Source of the DNA: Chthoniobacteraceae bacterium
GTDB lineage: Bacteria; Verrucomicrobiota; Verrucomicrobiia; Chthoniobacterales; Chthoniobacteraceae
Reading direction: 5' to 3'
Assembly (NCBI GenBank): GCA_040081625.1
Contig: JBEBGD010000059.1
Location: 1-35,250 of the forward strand
Length of the DNA stretch: 35,250 nucleotides
The notes beneath the pieces are model-generated. The model saw only the letters and a list, made by a program, of their open reading frames with translations. It did no database searches and was not told where the DNA came from. Shown here one piece after another: positions 1-8,479 of this stretch (the first letter of the stretch is position 1; every line of letters begins with the position of its first letter). The position numbers and the translations under genes are program-made.

Positions 1-2
1 CC

Positions 3-116
3 GCGCCGCAGACCGGGCTCGGCGGCGACCGTCCTCTGGATTTCGCGATGACCGAGGTCGGCGCGCGCGAGGTCGAGCAGTTGCTCGGGCGGATGGCCTT
101 CGGAGTTTACAGCTGA
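3..116 (+). CDS. Antitoxin, Xre/MbcA/ParS family, C-terminal toxin-binding part (5' truncated by window edge)
   Basis: Not in the ORF track. Manual translation from base 3 gives APQTGLGGDRPLDFAMTEVGAREVEQLLGRMAFGVYS*, matching the typical 'LGG..PL....T..G...V..LLGR...GVY' end of RES-associated antitoxins. Its TGA (114-116) overlaps the ATG of the RES gene. Confidence 0.9.
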   Translation, partial: APQTGLGGDRPLDFAMTEVGAREVEQLLGRMAFGVYS

Positions 117-577
117 TGGCGTCGGGCTGGCGAATCGTGTCGGCGGGCCGCGCTGCGGATGCCTTTTCTGGCGAGGGAGCGCGGCGGTTTGGTGGGCGCT
201 GGAATTCGCCCGGTGCGGCGGTCGTCTATGCGAGCGAGCATGCCTCGCTCGCCGCGCTCGAAATCCTGGTCCACTTCCAGCCGATCGTTCCGGGCGCACG
301 CTTCGCGGCTTTCCGCCTCGATTTTCCTGACGCGCTCATCGCCCACCTTCGGAGCACGGAGTTGCCGGCAGGCTGGCGGGGCAGCCCGCCTGGTCCGGAA
401 ACCATGAACTTTGGCGATGCGTGGGTGCGCGCGGACAAGTCCGCGGTCCTCGCGGTGCCCAGCACGATCATGCCTGTGGAAACAAATTTTTTGCTTAACC
501 CGGCACACCGGGATTTCCGTCGCATCCGCATCGCGAAACCGGAGCCTTTCACCTTCGATCCGCGATTGCTCCGATGA
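116..577 (+). CDS. RES domain toxin (NAD+ phosphorylase / ADP-ribosyltransferase-like)
   Basis: 153 aa with the motifs WRI, FSGEGA..FGGRWN, VYASE..SLA.LE, L.VPS and N.LLNP.H. It ends in FDPRL and lies directly downstream of the antitoxin. Confidence 0.92.
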   Translation: MASGWRIVSAGRAADAFSGEGARRFGGRWNSPGAAVVYASEHASLAALEILVHFQPIVPGARFAAFRLDFPDALIAHLRSTELPAGWRGSPPGPETMNFGDAWVRADKSAVLAVPSTIMPVETNFLLNPAHRDFRRIRIAKPEPFTFDPRLLR

Positions 578-1692
578 AGCAGCGGCTCGCACTTGCAGGT
601 TTCGCTCTCGCCGTCGGAGTGGCGGTGTGGTGGGTCTCACGTCCGCCAGCTCGACGGGCGACGGACCCGCGGCGGGAGACTCAAATGGAAGCGACAACGC
701 CCGCGTCCGCGGCACCTCGCGTTCAACCAGACTCGAGCGAACGGCTGGACGAATTCACCACCGCGTTGCGCGGTGCGGCGGATGCGGACGCCGCGCGCCG
801 TGTGCTCGGGGAAATCCGCGCCTACCTGCGCGGGCTCCCACCGGAGATCGCGGTGAAGGTGATCGCGAGCTTCCTCGACTCCGCACGCGACGTTGCCGTG
901 CCGCTCGAGTTCGCGCTCGAGCCCGGCGGCTCGCTGCGCACGGCACCGACGCTGCGGGTGTGGCTGCTCTACACGTTCACGCTCGTCTCGCCCGAGGCTG
1001 CAGCGGACTACGCGCGGCGCGTTCTCGCGTCGTCGCCGTCCGCGGATGAGTGGGCTGTCTCGCTGCGTGCATGCGCGATCGGCCGGCCGGACGATGTGGC
1101 GTTCTTGAAAGCGAAAGCGGGTGAGATGCTCGCACGCACCGACTGGCGCGCGAAGCCGAGCAGCGGCTACCTCGAAGCGTTCGACGTGCTCGTTCATACG
1201 AAGGCGAACGACTTCGCGCCACGCCTCGCGCAGCTCGTGCAGGACAAGACGAACCGCGCCGTCGGTCATGCCGCCTTCCTCACGCTCGACCGGCTCATCC
1301 AGCAGGACGCCGCCGCCGTGCTCGCGCAGCTTCAGGCGCAGCCGGACTTGATGACCGGCCGCGAGCAGACGCGCGCGAACTACTTCGCCCGCGCTGACGT
1401 GCGCGACCCCGCGCAGCGCGCGCTTCTCGAAACGTATCTGCTCGACCCGCGCCGCGCGCCGGCGGAACTCGACACGTTCGCCGGGATCTATCCGAACGCG
1501 AACTTCATGGTCTCGAACAACCTGATCACGCGCACCATCACGCCCGCGCACGACGACCTCGCGGCGCACGATCGCGAGGCGTTGCGCGTGGTCGAGGCTT
1601 GGCTCGCCGACCCGCGCTTCGCGACGCAGCGCGAGCGGATCGAGGCGATGCGCCACCGATTGCGCAACTTCGTGCAGCAGATGGGGAAATAG
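574..1692 (+). CDS. Hypothetical exported or membrane-anchored protein, probably alpha-helical
   Basis: 372-aa ORF with GC3-rich codon usage. It has an N-terminal basic+hydrophobic segment (MKQRLALAGFALAVGVAVWW), a Pro/Thr/Ala linker and an Ala/Leu-rich body. ATGA overlap with the RES stop. Confidence 0.75.
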   Translation: MKQRLALAGFALAVGVAVWWVSRPPARRATDPRRETQMEATTPASAAPRVQPDSSERLDEFTTALRGAADADAARRVLGEIRAYLRGLPPEIAVKVIASFLDSARDVAVPLEFALEPGGSLRTAPTLRVWLLYTFTLVSPEAAADYARRVLASSPSADEWAVSLRACAIGRPDDVAFLKAKAGEMLARTDWRAKPSSGYLEAFDVLVHTKANDFAPRLAQLVQDKTNRAVGHAAFLTLDRLIQQDAAAVLAQLQAQPDLMTGREQTRANYFARADVRDPAQRALLETYLLDPRRAPAELDTFAGIYPNANFMVSNNLITRTITPAHDDLAAHDREALRVVEAWLADPRFATQRERIEAMRHRLRNFVQQMGK

Positions 1693-1784
1693 GGGCGAGG
1701 GACTTTCGATCCGGACGCGATATCGGTTGAGTTCGCAGGCTCGGCGCTTACGGGAGCCGGGCCATCAAGCGTCTTACCCGTTCT

Positions 1785-4700
1785 TTGTCGAGGCAGGTCA
1801 CTCAAACCGTGCGCGGCGGGAAGTCGGGACTCGGATGGTTCGCGGTTGCTCTCGTGTCGTTGTGGCTTGCGGTGGCGGCGCAGGCGCAGGTTTATGAGAA
1901 GATGTTCAGCTTCGCCGACGCGGGGGCGGATATCGCAAACAAGGGGAGTCGGCCGGTCTCCGGGCTCGTGCAGGATGGCGAGGGAAATTTCTACGGCACG
2001 ACGCTCTCCGGCGGCACGCTGGGCGACGGCACGGTCTTCAAGATGACCCCGGCACGGGTGGTGACGACGCTCGTGGACTTTACGAATACCGCGGGCAACA
2101 TGTTGGGGCGCGCGCCGGTGGGCGATTTGGTTCGTGGGCGCGATGGGAACTTCTACGGCACGACCGTGAGCGGGGGCACATCCAGCGCCGGCACGGTTTT
2201 CAAGATGACGCCTGCGGGCGTGCTCACGACGCTGGTGCAGTTCACGGGCACCTCCGGCGGCGCCCTCGGGAGCAATTTTTTCACAGGCTTCAATCTCTCG
2301 CCGCAAGCCCGCCTGATGGAGGGCAGCGATGGGAATTTCTACGGGATGACACCGGCAGGCGGCGCGTCGGATTGCGGCACGGTTTTCAAGATGACACCTG
2401 CCGGGGTGCTCACGACGCTGCTGGAATTCACGGGCACGTCCGGCGGGTTCAAGGGGAAGCGTCCGCTGGCTGCGTTGGTGCAGGTCGGCGATGGGAGTTT
2501 TTTCGGCACGACCGAGCAGGGTGGGGCGTTGGATTTCGGCACGGTGTTCAAGCTGAACACCGATGGCACGCCCGGCGGAACGACGCTGACGACGCTCGTG
2601 GAGTTCGCGGGGACGGACGGAGCTTACCCGGATGGAGGCGTGGTGCGGGGTAGCGATGGAAGTTTCTACGGCACGACATCGGGCGGCGCGATCGGCTTCG
2701 GCACGGTCTTCAAGATGAGCACCGACGGGACGCCCGGCGGAACAACGCTGATGCGGTTGGTCAGCTTCACCACCGCTCAGGCGACGAACAAGGGAGCCTT
2801 CCCCAAGGCCGGACTCGTGCAGGCAAGCGACGGAAATCTCTATGGGACGACTTCCGGAGGCGGATTCAACGCCGAAGTCGGAGGCTTCGGAGGCTACGGC
2901 ACGGTCTTCAAGATCACTCCGGGCGGGATGCTCGCGACGCTGGTGGAGTTCACGGGAAGTTCGGCGACGGGGACGGTGCCCGATGGCGGGCTGTTGCAGG
3001 CGGCGGACGGAAATTTCTACGGCACGACCGCGCGCGGCGGTGGGCCCGGACTCGGGACGGTGTTCAAGATGACGTCGGGCGGGGAACTGACGACGCTGGC
3101 TGCGTTCGACGGGCTCAACGGCGGCGATCCGCACGACGGTTTGCTCGAAGGCAGTGATGGAAATCTCTACGGCGCGACGGGCTTTCCTTTCGTCTTCAAG
3201 CTGACGCCGTCCGGCGGACTGACGACGCTGGCCATATTCGACGGAACGACGAACAAGGGAAATGCTCCCAGTTGCGTCCTGGTCGAGCACAGCAACGGGG
3301 ATTTTTATGGCACGACCATTGGCGGTGGCGATTTCCTCGGCGGGACAGTCTTCAAGATAACGCCGACCGGGGTGCTGACGACGTTGGTGGAGTTCACGCG
3401 CGACGGGCCGCAGGGGTCGAATCCGTTCGCCGGCCTGGTGAAGGGTGGCGACGGGAATTTCTACGGCACCACCGAGCGCGGCGGTGTGTCCAACTTCGGC
3501 ACGGTCTTCAAGATGACGCCTGCCGGGGACCTCACGACGCTTGTTCAGTTCACGGGAGGCGGCGCGCCCGCCGCGCCGCAGACCTTCTCGAACGCCACGC
3601 CGATCGCGATCAACGACGGCATCCCGTCGGCGCCGTATCCGTCGTCGATCACGGTGGCCGGATTCAGCGGAAATGCCGCCCGTGTGCGAGTCACGCTGCG
3701 CGGCTTGCGTCACACCTACCCGGACGACATCCGCGTGCTGCTCGTGAGCCCTTCGGGCCGCAAGGTGGAACTCATGTCGGGCACGGGTGGGGGCGCTGCG
3801 GTTTCAAATGTGAACCTCACGTTTGCCGACGACGCGGCGGCTTCGATCCCGCCCAACTTCGCGACCGGGACGTATCTGCCGACCGTCAACGATGGCTCAA
3901 GTTTCCCGACTCCGGCTCCGGCGGCTCCCTACGCCACTGTGCTGACCACTTTTTTCGGTGAGCCGGCGAACGGCGCGTGGCAGCTCTTCGTGCATGATCG
4001 CTACGCACCGGCGGATACCGGGGGGATCGACGAGGGATGGAGCCTCGAACTCACGCCGGGGGACACTCGCGGGAATGCTCCCCGCCGTCTGGCGGCGGGC
4101 GGCGACGGCAACCTTTACGGCACGACGTTCTTCGGCGGTGCGAACGGTGCCGGCACGGTGTTCAAGGTGACGCCAGACGGGACGCTCAGGACGCTGGTGG
4201 ATTTCGACGGCGCGAACGGATCAAACCCATCGGCTGGCTTGTTGAGTGACGCCGACGGCAGCTTCTACGGCACGACGACCGGCGGCGGTGCATTCGGCGT
4301 GGGCACGGTCTTCAGGGTTACGGTCGCCGGCGTGCGCACGACGCTGGTCGAGTTCACGGGCGAAGAGGACGGACACCCGAGCGGCGGGGAGTTGATCCGC
4401 GGGACGGACGGAAACCTCTACGGGACGGTGTCGCCGGACCTCTCGTCGGGCGGCAGCATCTATCGGATTCTTTTTCCGGGCGCGCCGTTGGTTTCAATCG
4501 CAAAGGCCACTCCGCAAGGCGCGGACAGCGTCATCATCGAGGGTAAGGTGAATGCGCGCGGTGCAGCGACGACCGTGTGGCTTCAGGTCGGCACCAGCCC
4601 CGGTGCGCTCTCCTCGCCGGGGACGATCGTCGCGACGAATCAGCCCGGTTTTCAAACCCAACTCGTCGGCGCCACGCTCGACGGGCTCGATCCCGGGACG

Positions 4701-7700
4701 ATCTACTACTACCGCTTTCACGCCGAGAGCAGCGCGGGCTCGACGGATACTCCGATCGCGAGTGTCTCGACACTGGCGAAGCCGACCGTGAGCGTCGTCG
4801 CAGCGAGCCCCGTGACCCCGACGAGTGCGCGGTTCAACGGAACCGTGAACGCGCGGAACTTCGACACCACGGTGGTCTTCGAGTGGGGCACGGATGGGAA
4901 CAGCTTCCCGAACACGGCGGCGGCGACGCCGGGCTCCGTCGCCGGGAATGCGAACGCGACGGTCTTTGCCGACGTGTCGGGGCTCGCGCCGGACGCGACG
5001 TATCACTACCGCATCAAGGCGACCAATGTGGCGGGCGAAGCGACGAGCGGGCAAAGCTCGTTCCAGACGCTGGCGGCGCCGGTCGCGACCGTCGGCGACG
5101 CGTTCGGGCTGAATACGGTGAGCGCGCGCGTCTTCGGCAGCGTGAATGCGAAACGCTCGCTGACCGATGTCGTCTTCGAATACGGCACCGACGGCATCAA
5201 CTTCCCGAACGCGGTCGCCGCCATGCCGCCGACGGTCGCCGGCGAGACCGTCGTGCCCGTGAGCGGCACGCTCGTGAACCTCTCGCAAGGCACGACCTAC
5301 CACTACCGCGTGCGGGCGACGAGCCCCGGCGGCGTCGGTTTGAGCGCGACGCGCACGTTCGATCTCGCGGTGTTGTCCGGGTTCACGCAGCAGCGACCCG
5401 GCGCGCTTCCGGATTCGAATGGCTCCATCGTCGTGACGCTGACTCCCGGCGGGATCAACTCCGGCTGGCGCTTCGTGGGCGAGCAGCAGTGGCGGCCCTC
5501 GGGGGTCGCGGCTGGCGGGCTGGTGACGGCCGATCGCGAGGTCGAGTTCCGCCCGGTGCCGGGCTTTCTGCATCCGCTGCGCGAAACGGTGAGCGTGATC
5601 AGCGGCGCGGCGACGACCGTGCTTGAGCGCGAATACTTCGCGACGAGCGGCAGCGGCACGGGTGGGTTGACGCTGACGCTCAAGCCGGAGTCGCTCACGC
5701 TGGCCGGCCTGCCGGTCGCGCAACGCGCGCAGTGGAGGTTTCTCGGCGAAGACGACTCGGCGTGGCGCGAGAGCGGGGCGACGGCGGGTGCGCTCGCGGC
5801 GGGCGTGTATCTCGTGGAGTGCAAGCCACTCGCGGGGCGCACGACGCCGCCGGTGCTCTCGGTCGCCGTGCAGGCCGATGCGACGAGCACGGCGATCGCC
5901 ACTTACTTCCTCGCCGACGCGATGACCGGCACGTCGCCGTCAGTGCTGCCATTCGAGACCGTCACCGCGGACAGCAATCTGCCCTACGCCTACGTCGGCC
6001 AGATTCGCAGCGATGCCGGCGCGGCGACCGGGTTCGTGGTGAAGCCGCGCGTCGTCGCGACGGCGGGGCACGTCGTTTTCGACGACGGCCAGCTCGCCTA
6101 CGCGACCGGCCTGCAATGGCTCTTCCAGCGCGACAGCGCCGTCTTCGAGCCGAAGCCGCTCACGCCGCATGGCTCCTACGTCTTCGCCGGCTACGCCGCT
6201 CGGCGCACGCTGGAGAACACACCCGGCGAGTCCACGCCCGAGTCGCAGCAACTCGACGCGGCGGCGATCTACTTCCTCGAAGACGCGGGCCGCGGAGGCT
6301 TTGGCGGCTTCCTCGCGAGCGACGCGGCCGACAACGAGTTCATCACTTCGCCCGCGCTCAAGACGCTCGTGGGTTATCCCGTCGATGGGATCGCGCCCGC
6401 GAACCAGGGCCGGATGCACGCGACGCCGGCGGCGAACGTCAGCTTCGCGCGCGTGCCCGGCACGGCGGCATCCGGCTCGCCGTTCCGGCTCTACACGACG
6501 GGCGCGATCCGTTCGAGCGGCGGTCATTCGGGCGGGCCGTTGTGCGTGCAGTTTGAAGGCGGCGCGTTTTATCCGGCGGCCATTTTCCTCGGAGGCACGG
6601 GGCAGACGGTCGTGCGCGCGATCGACAGCACGGTGATCGATCTTTTCACCCGCGCCGAGAGCAGCGCGAACAGCGGCGGCAACAACAGCGGCAACGCCGG
6701 CATCCCGCAGATCGTCTCCGTCGGCAGCACGTCCACGCTCACCGGCGGCGGCGTGACGGTGAACCTCAATCTCCCCGACGGCGGCTGGCGGATCGGCGGC
6801 GGCGCCTTCCTCGCCGGCGGCGCCACGCGCAGCAATCTCGCGCCGGGCACCTACGTCGTGAACTTCAAGCCCGTGAGCGGCTACAGCACGCCCGAGTCGC
6901 AGGAGGTCGCGGTGTCGAGCGGCCAGGTCGCCACGCGCGCCGCGAACTACGCGCTCATCGCGCGTCCCGGCCTCGGCGGCGCCACGATCGCGCGAGGCGC
7001 GACGGGCATTCCGTTTTCGTATCAACCCGATCTCACCGGCAGCGTGGACAGCGTCGCGGTGAGCGTGAGCGGCAACGAAACGCTCGCCGGTCTGGGCCTC
7101 TCGCTGAACACCGCGAACGGCCGCGTGAGCGGCACGCCGCTGAAAACGGGCGCGTATTCATTCATCTTCACCGCGAGCAACGCGGGCGGCACGAGCGATC
7201 CGTTCGCCGTCGCGCTCGATCTGGTGATGCCGGGCACGCTTCGCGTCGCCGTGGACGGTGCCGGCAGCGTGAAGGCCGCCGACTTCCTCGGCGAGACGAT
7301 GCAGGTGCCGGGAAATGCCTACACGCTCACGGCGAAGCCCGAGCGCGGGTTCGTCTTCGTCGCGTGGCGCGGCACGAGCACCGATGCCGCGGGAGCGGTG
7401 ACCGCGATCGGGTCCGACGAGTTCCAACTCGATTTCACGATGAGCCAGGCAGTTGAGTTGACCGCCAGCTTCATCCCGAATCCGTTTCCCGCCGTCGATG
7501 GCGCCTTCGCTGGACTGCTGACCGACAGCGGCACTCCCGTCGGCGCGCTCGTGCTCAAGCTCACGTCGAGCGGGAGAGTCACCGGCTCGATCAAGATCGG
7601 CGGCGCAAGCTACAAATTCAAAGGCACGATGAGCGGCGGCGGTCGCATCCGCGCCGAGATCGCGCGCAAGAACGACACGCCCGTCGTCCTCGAAGGCGTG

Positions 7701-8426
7701 CTCGATTTCGCCGCCGTTCCCTCGCGCATCGCGGGCACCGTGACGATCGACGGCACCACGCTCGACTTCGTAGCGCTGCACGCCTTCGAGAGTGTCGCGC
7801 GCGTGCCGAATCCCTTCGCCGGCAAATACGCTCTCGCCCTGCCGCGCCCCGCCGTCGGCGCGCAAGGCCACGGCTACGGCACCTTCGCGGTGAAGACGAA
7901 CGGCGCCGTGAGACTCATCGGCGCGCTCGGCGACGGCGAGAAACTCAGCGCCGCCGGCGTTCTCGCGGACGACGGCACTTGGGCGTTGTATGCCGAGCCG
8001 TATCGGAAAGCCGGCCTCGCCGCCGGCACGCTCACCTTCCACGACGACGCCATCGCCTTCCTCGACGGCGACCTCGTGTGGAAAGATGCGTCCGCCGTCA
8101 CCGCGACGATCGCCACGCAAGGCTCGCACATCGTGCCGCTCACGCTGCCCTACGACGCGACGCTGAGTTTCTCCGCGGATGGAATCAGCGCGCTGCTGAG
8201 CACGGCCGCGTCGCTCGACGCCGCGAATCGCTTCACACTCACGCCCGCCGACGCGACCACGCTGCTGCTCAACTCGAAGACCGGCGCGCTAAGCGGAAAG
8301 TTCCCGGACGGCGGGCCGAAGCCGCTGCCCTTCAAAGGCGTGCTGCTCCCGAAGCAGCGCACGGGTTTCGGCCAATACCCCAACGGCGCGACAACCGGCG
8401 CGGTGGAACTGACGCGGGTGCCGTGA
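1785..8426 (+). CDS. Giant secreted multidomain protein: GloVer (Gloeo_Verruco) repeats, proprotein convertase P-domain, 3 Fn3-like, PEGA-like, trypsin-like serine protease, Ig-like domains, C-terminal beta-rich domain
   Basis: 2213-aa ORF; the start is uncertain (TTG 1785 or GTG 1809). It has a signal peptide ending AQA-Q, 13 'G(N/S/D)(F/L)(Y/F)G.T' repeats mostly followed by GTVFK.TP.G..TTL..F, three 'Y.YR..A' Fn3-like units, and TAGH / D / GHSGGP protease motifs. Confidence 0.88.
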   Translation: MSRQVTQTVRGGKSGLGWFAVALVSLWLAVAAQAQVYEKMFSFADAGADIANKGSRPVSGLVQDGEGNFYGTTLSGGTLGDGTVFKMTPARVVTTLVDFTNTAGNMLGRAPVGDLVRGRDGNFYGTTVSGGTSSAGTVFKMTPAGVLTTLVQFTGTSGGALGSNFFTGFNLSPQARLMEGSDGNFYGMTPAGGASDCGTVFKMTPAGVLTTLLEFTGTSGGFKGKRPLAALVQVGDGSFFGTTEQGGALDFGTVFKLNTDGTPGGTTLTTLVEFAGTDGAYPDGGVVRGSDGSFYGTTSGGAIGFGTVFKMSTDGTPGGTTLMRLVSFTTAQATNKGAFPKAGLVQASDGNLYGTTSGGGFNAEVGGFGGYGTVFKITPGGMLATLVEFTGSSATGTVPDGGLLQAADGNFYGTTARGGGPGLGTVFKMTSGGELTTLAAFDGLNGGDPHDGLLEGSDGNLYGATGFPFVFKLTPSGGLTTLAIFDGTTNKGNAPSCVLVEHSNGDFYGTTIGGGDFLGGTVFKITPTGVLTTLVEFTRDGPQGSNPFAGLVKGGDGNFYGTTERGGVSNFGTVFKMTPAGDLTTLVQFTGGGAPAAPQTFSNATPIAINDGIPSAPYPSSITVAGFSGNAARVRVTLRGLRHTYPDDIRVLLVSPSGRKVELMSGTGGGAAVSNVNLTFADDAAASIPPNFATGTYLPTVNDGSSFPTPAPAAPYATVLTTFFGEPANGAWQLFVHDRYAPADTGGIDEGWSLELTPGDTRGNAPRRLAAGGDGNLYGTTFFGGANGAGTVFKVTPDGTLRTLVDFDGANGSNPSAGLLSDADGSFYGTTTGGGAFGVGTVFRVTVAGVRTTLVEFTGEEDGHPSGGELIRGTDGNLYGTVSPDLSSGGSIYRILFPGAPLVSIAKATPQGADSVIIEGKVNARGAATTVWLQVGTSPGALSSPGTIVATNQPGFQTQLVGATLDGLDPGTIYYYRFHAESSAGSTDTPIASVSTLAKPTVSVVAASPVTPTSARFNGTVNARNFDTTVVFEWGTDGNSFPNTAAATPGSVAGNANATVFADVSGLAPDATYHYRIKATNVAGEATSGQSSFQTLAAPVATVGDAFGLNTVSARVFGSVNAKRSLTDVVFEYGTDGINFPNAVAAMPPTVAGETVVPVSGTLVNLSQGTTYHYRVRATSPGGVGLSATRTFDLAVLSGFTQQRPGALPDSNGSIVVTLTPGGINSGWRFVGEQQWRPSGVAAGGLVTADREVEFRPVPGFLHPLRETVSVISGAATTVLEREYFATSGSGTGGLTLTLKPESLTLAGLPVAQRAQWRFLGEDDSAWRESGATAGALAAGVYLVECKPLAGRTTPPVLSVAVQADATSTAIATYFLADAMTGTSPSVLPFETVTADSNLPYAYVGQIRSDAGAATGFVVKPRVVATAGHVVFDDGQLAYATGLQWLFQRDSAVFEPKPLTPHGSYVFAGYAARRTLENTPGESTPESQQLDAAAIYFLEDAGRGGFGGFLASDAADNEFITSPALKTLVGYPVDGIAPANQGRMHATPAANVSFARVPGTAASGSPFRLYTTGAIRSSGGHSGGPLCVQFEGGAFYPAAIFLGGTGQTVVRAIDSTVIDLFTRAESSANSGGNNSGNAGIPQIVSVGSTSTLTGGGVTVNLNLPDGGWRIGGGAFLAGGATRSNLAPGTYVVNFKPVSGYSTPESQEVAVSSGQVATRAANYALIARPGLGGATIARGATGIPFSYQPDLTGSVDSVAVSVSGNETLAGLGLSLNTANGRVSGTPLKTGAYSFIFTASNAGGTSDPFAVALDLVMPGTLRVAVDGAGSVKAADFLGETMQVPGNAYTLTAKPERGFVFVAWRGTSTDAAGAVTAIGSDEFQLDFTMSQAVELTASFIPNPFPAVDGAFAGLLTDSGTPVGALVLKLTSSGRVTGSIKIGGASYKFKGTMSGGGRIRAEIARKNDTPVVLEGVLDFAAVPSRIAGTVTIDGTTLDFVALHAFESVARVPNPFAGKYALALPRPAVGAQGHGYGTFAVKTNGAVRLIGALGDGEKLSAAGVLADDGTWALYAEPYRKAGLAAGTLTFHDDAIAFLDGDLVWKDASAVTATIATQGSHIVPLTLPYDATLSFSADGISALLSTAASLDAANRFTLTPADATTLLLNSKTGALSGKFPDGGPKPLPFKGVLLPKQRTGFGQYPNGATTGAVELTRVP
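1950..4470 (+). repeat. Coding tandem GloVer repeats (13 units of ~50-60 aa), interrupted at 3579-4055
   Basis: The DNA motif 'ggcacggt(c/t/g)ttcaag' and the peptide YGTT recur. Near-identical DNA segments occur, e.g. 2190-2234 vs 2376-2420 and 2556-2588 vs 2718-2750. Confidence 0.88.
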
Positions 8427-8430
8427 TCCT

Positions 8431-8455
8431 CGTGTGCGCCGGGATTGCGCACGCG
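8431..8455 (+). other. Stem-loop just after the giant gene (possible terminator or mRNA-stabilising hairpin)
   Basis: CGTGTGCGC-cgggatt-GCGCACGCG: a 9-bp stem with one G-U pair, 4 nt after the stop codon. No U-tract follows. Confidence 0.35.
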
Positions 8456-8479
8456 TGAGCGCCTGATAACTGACGCCGG

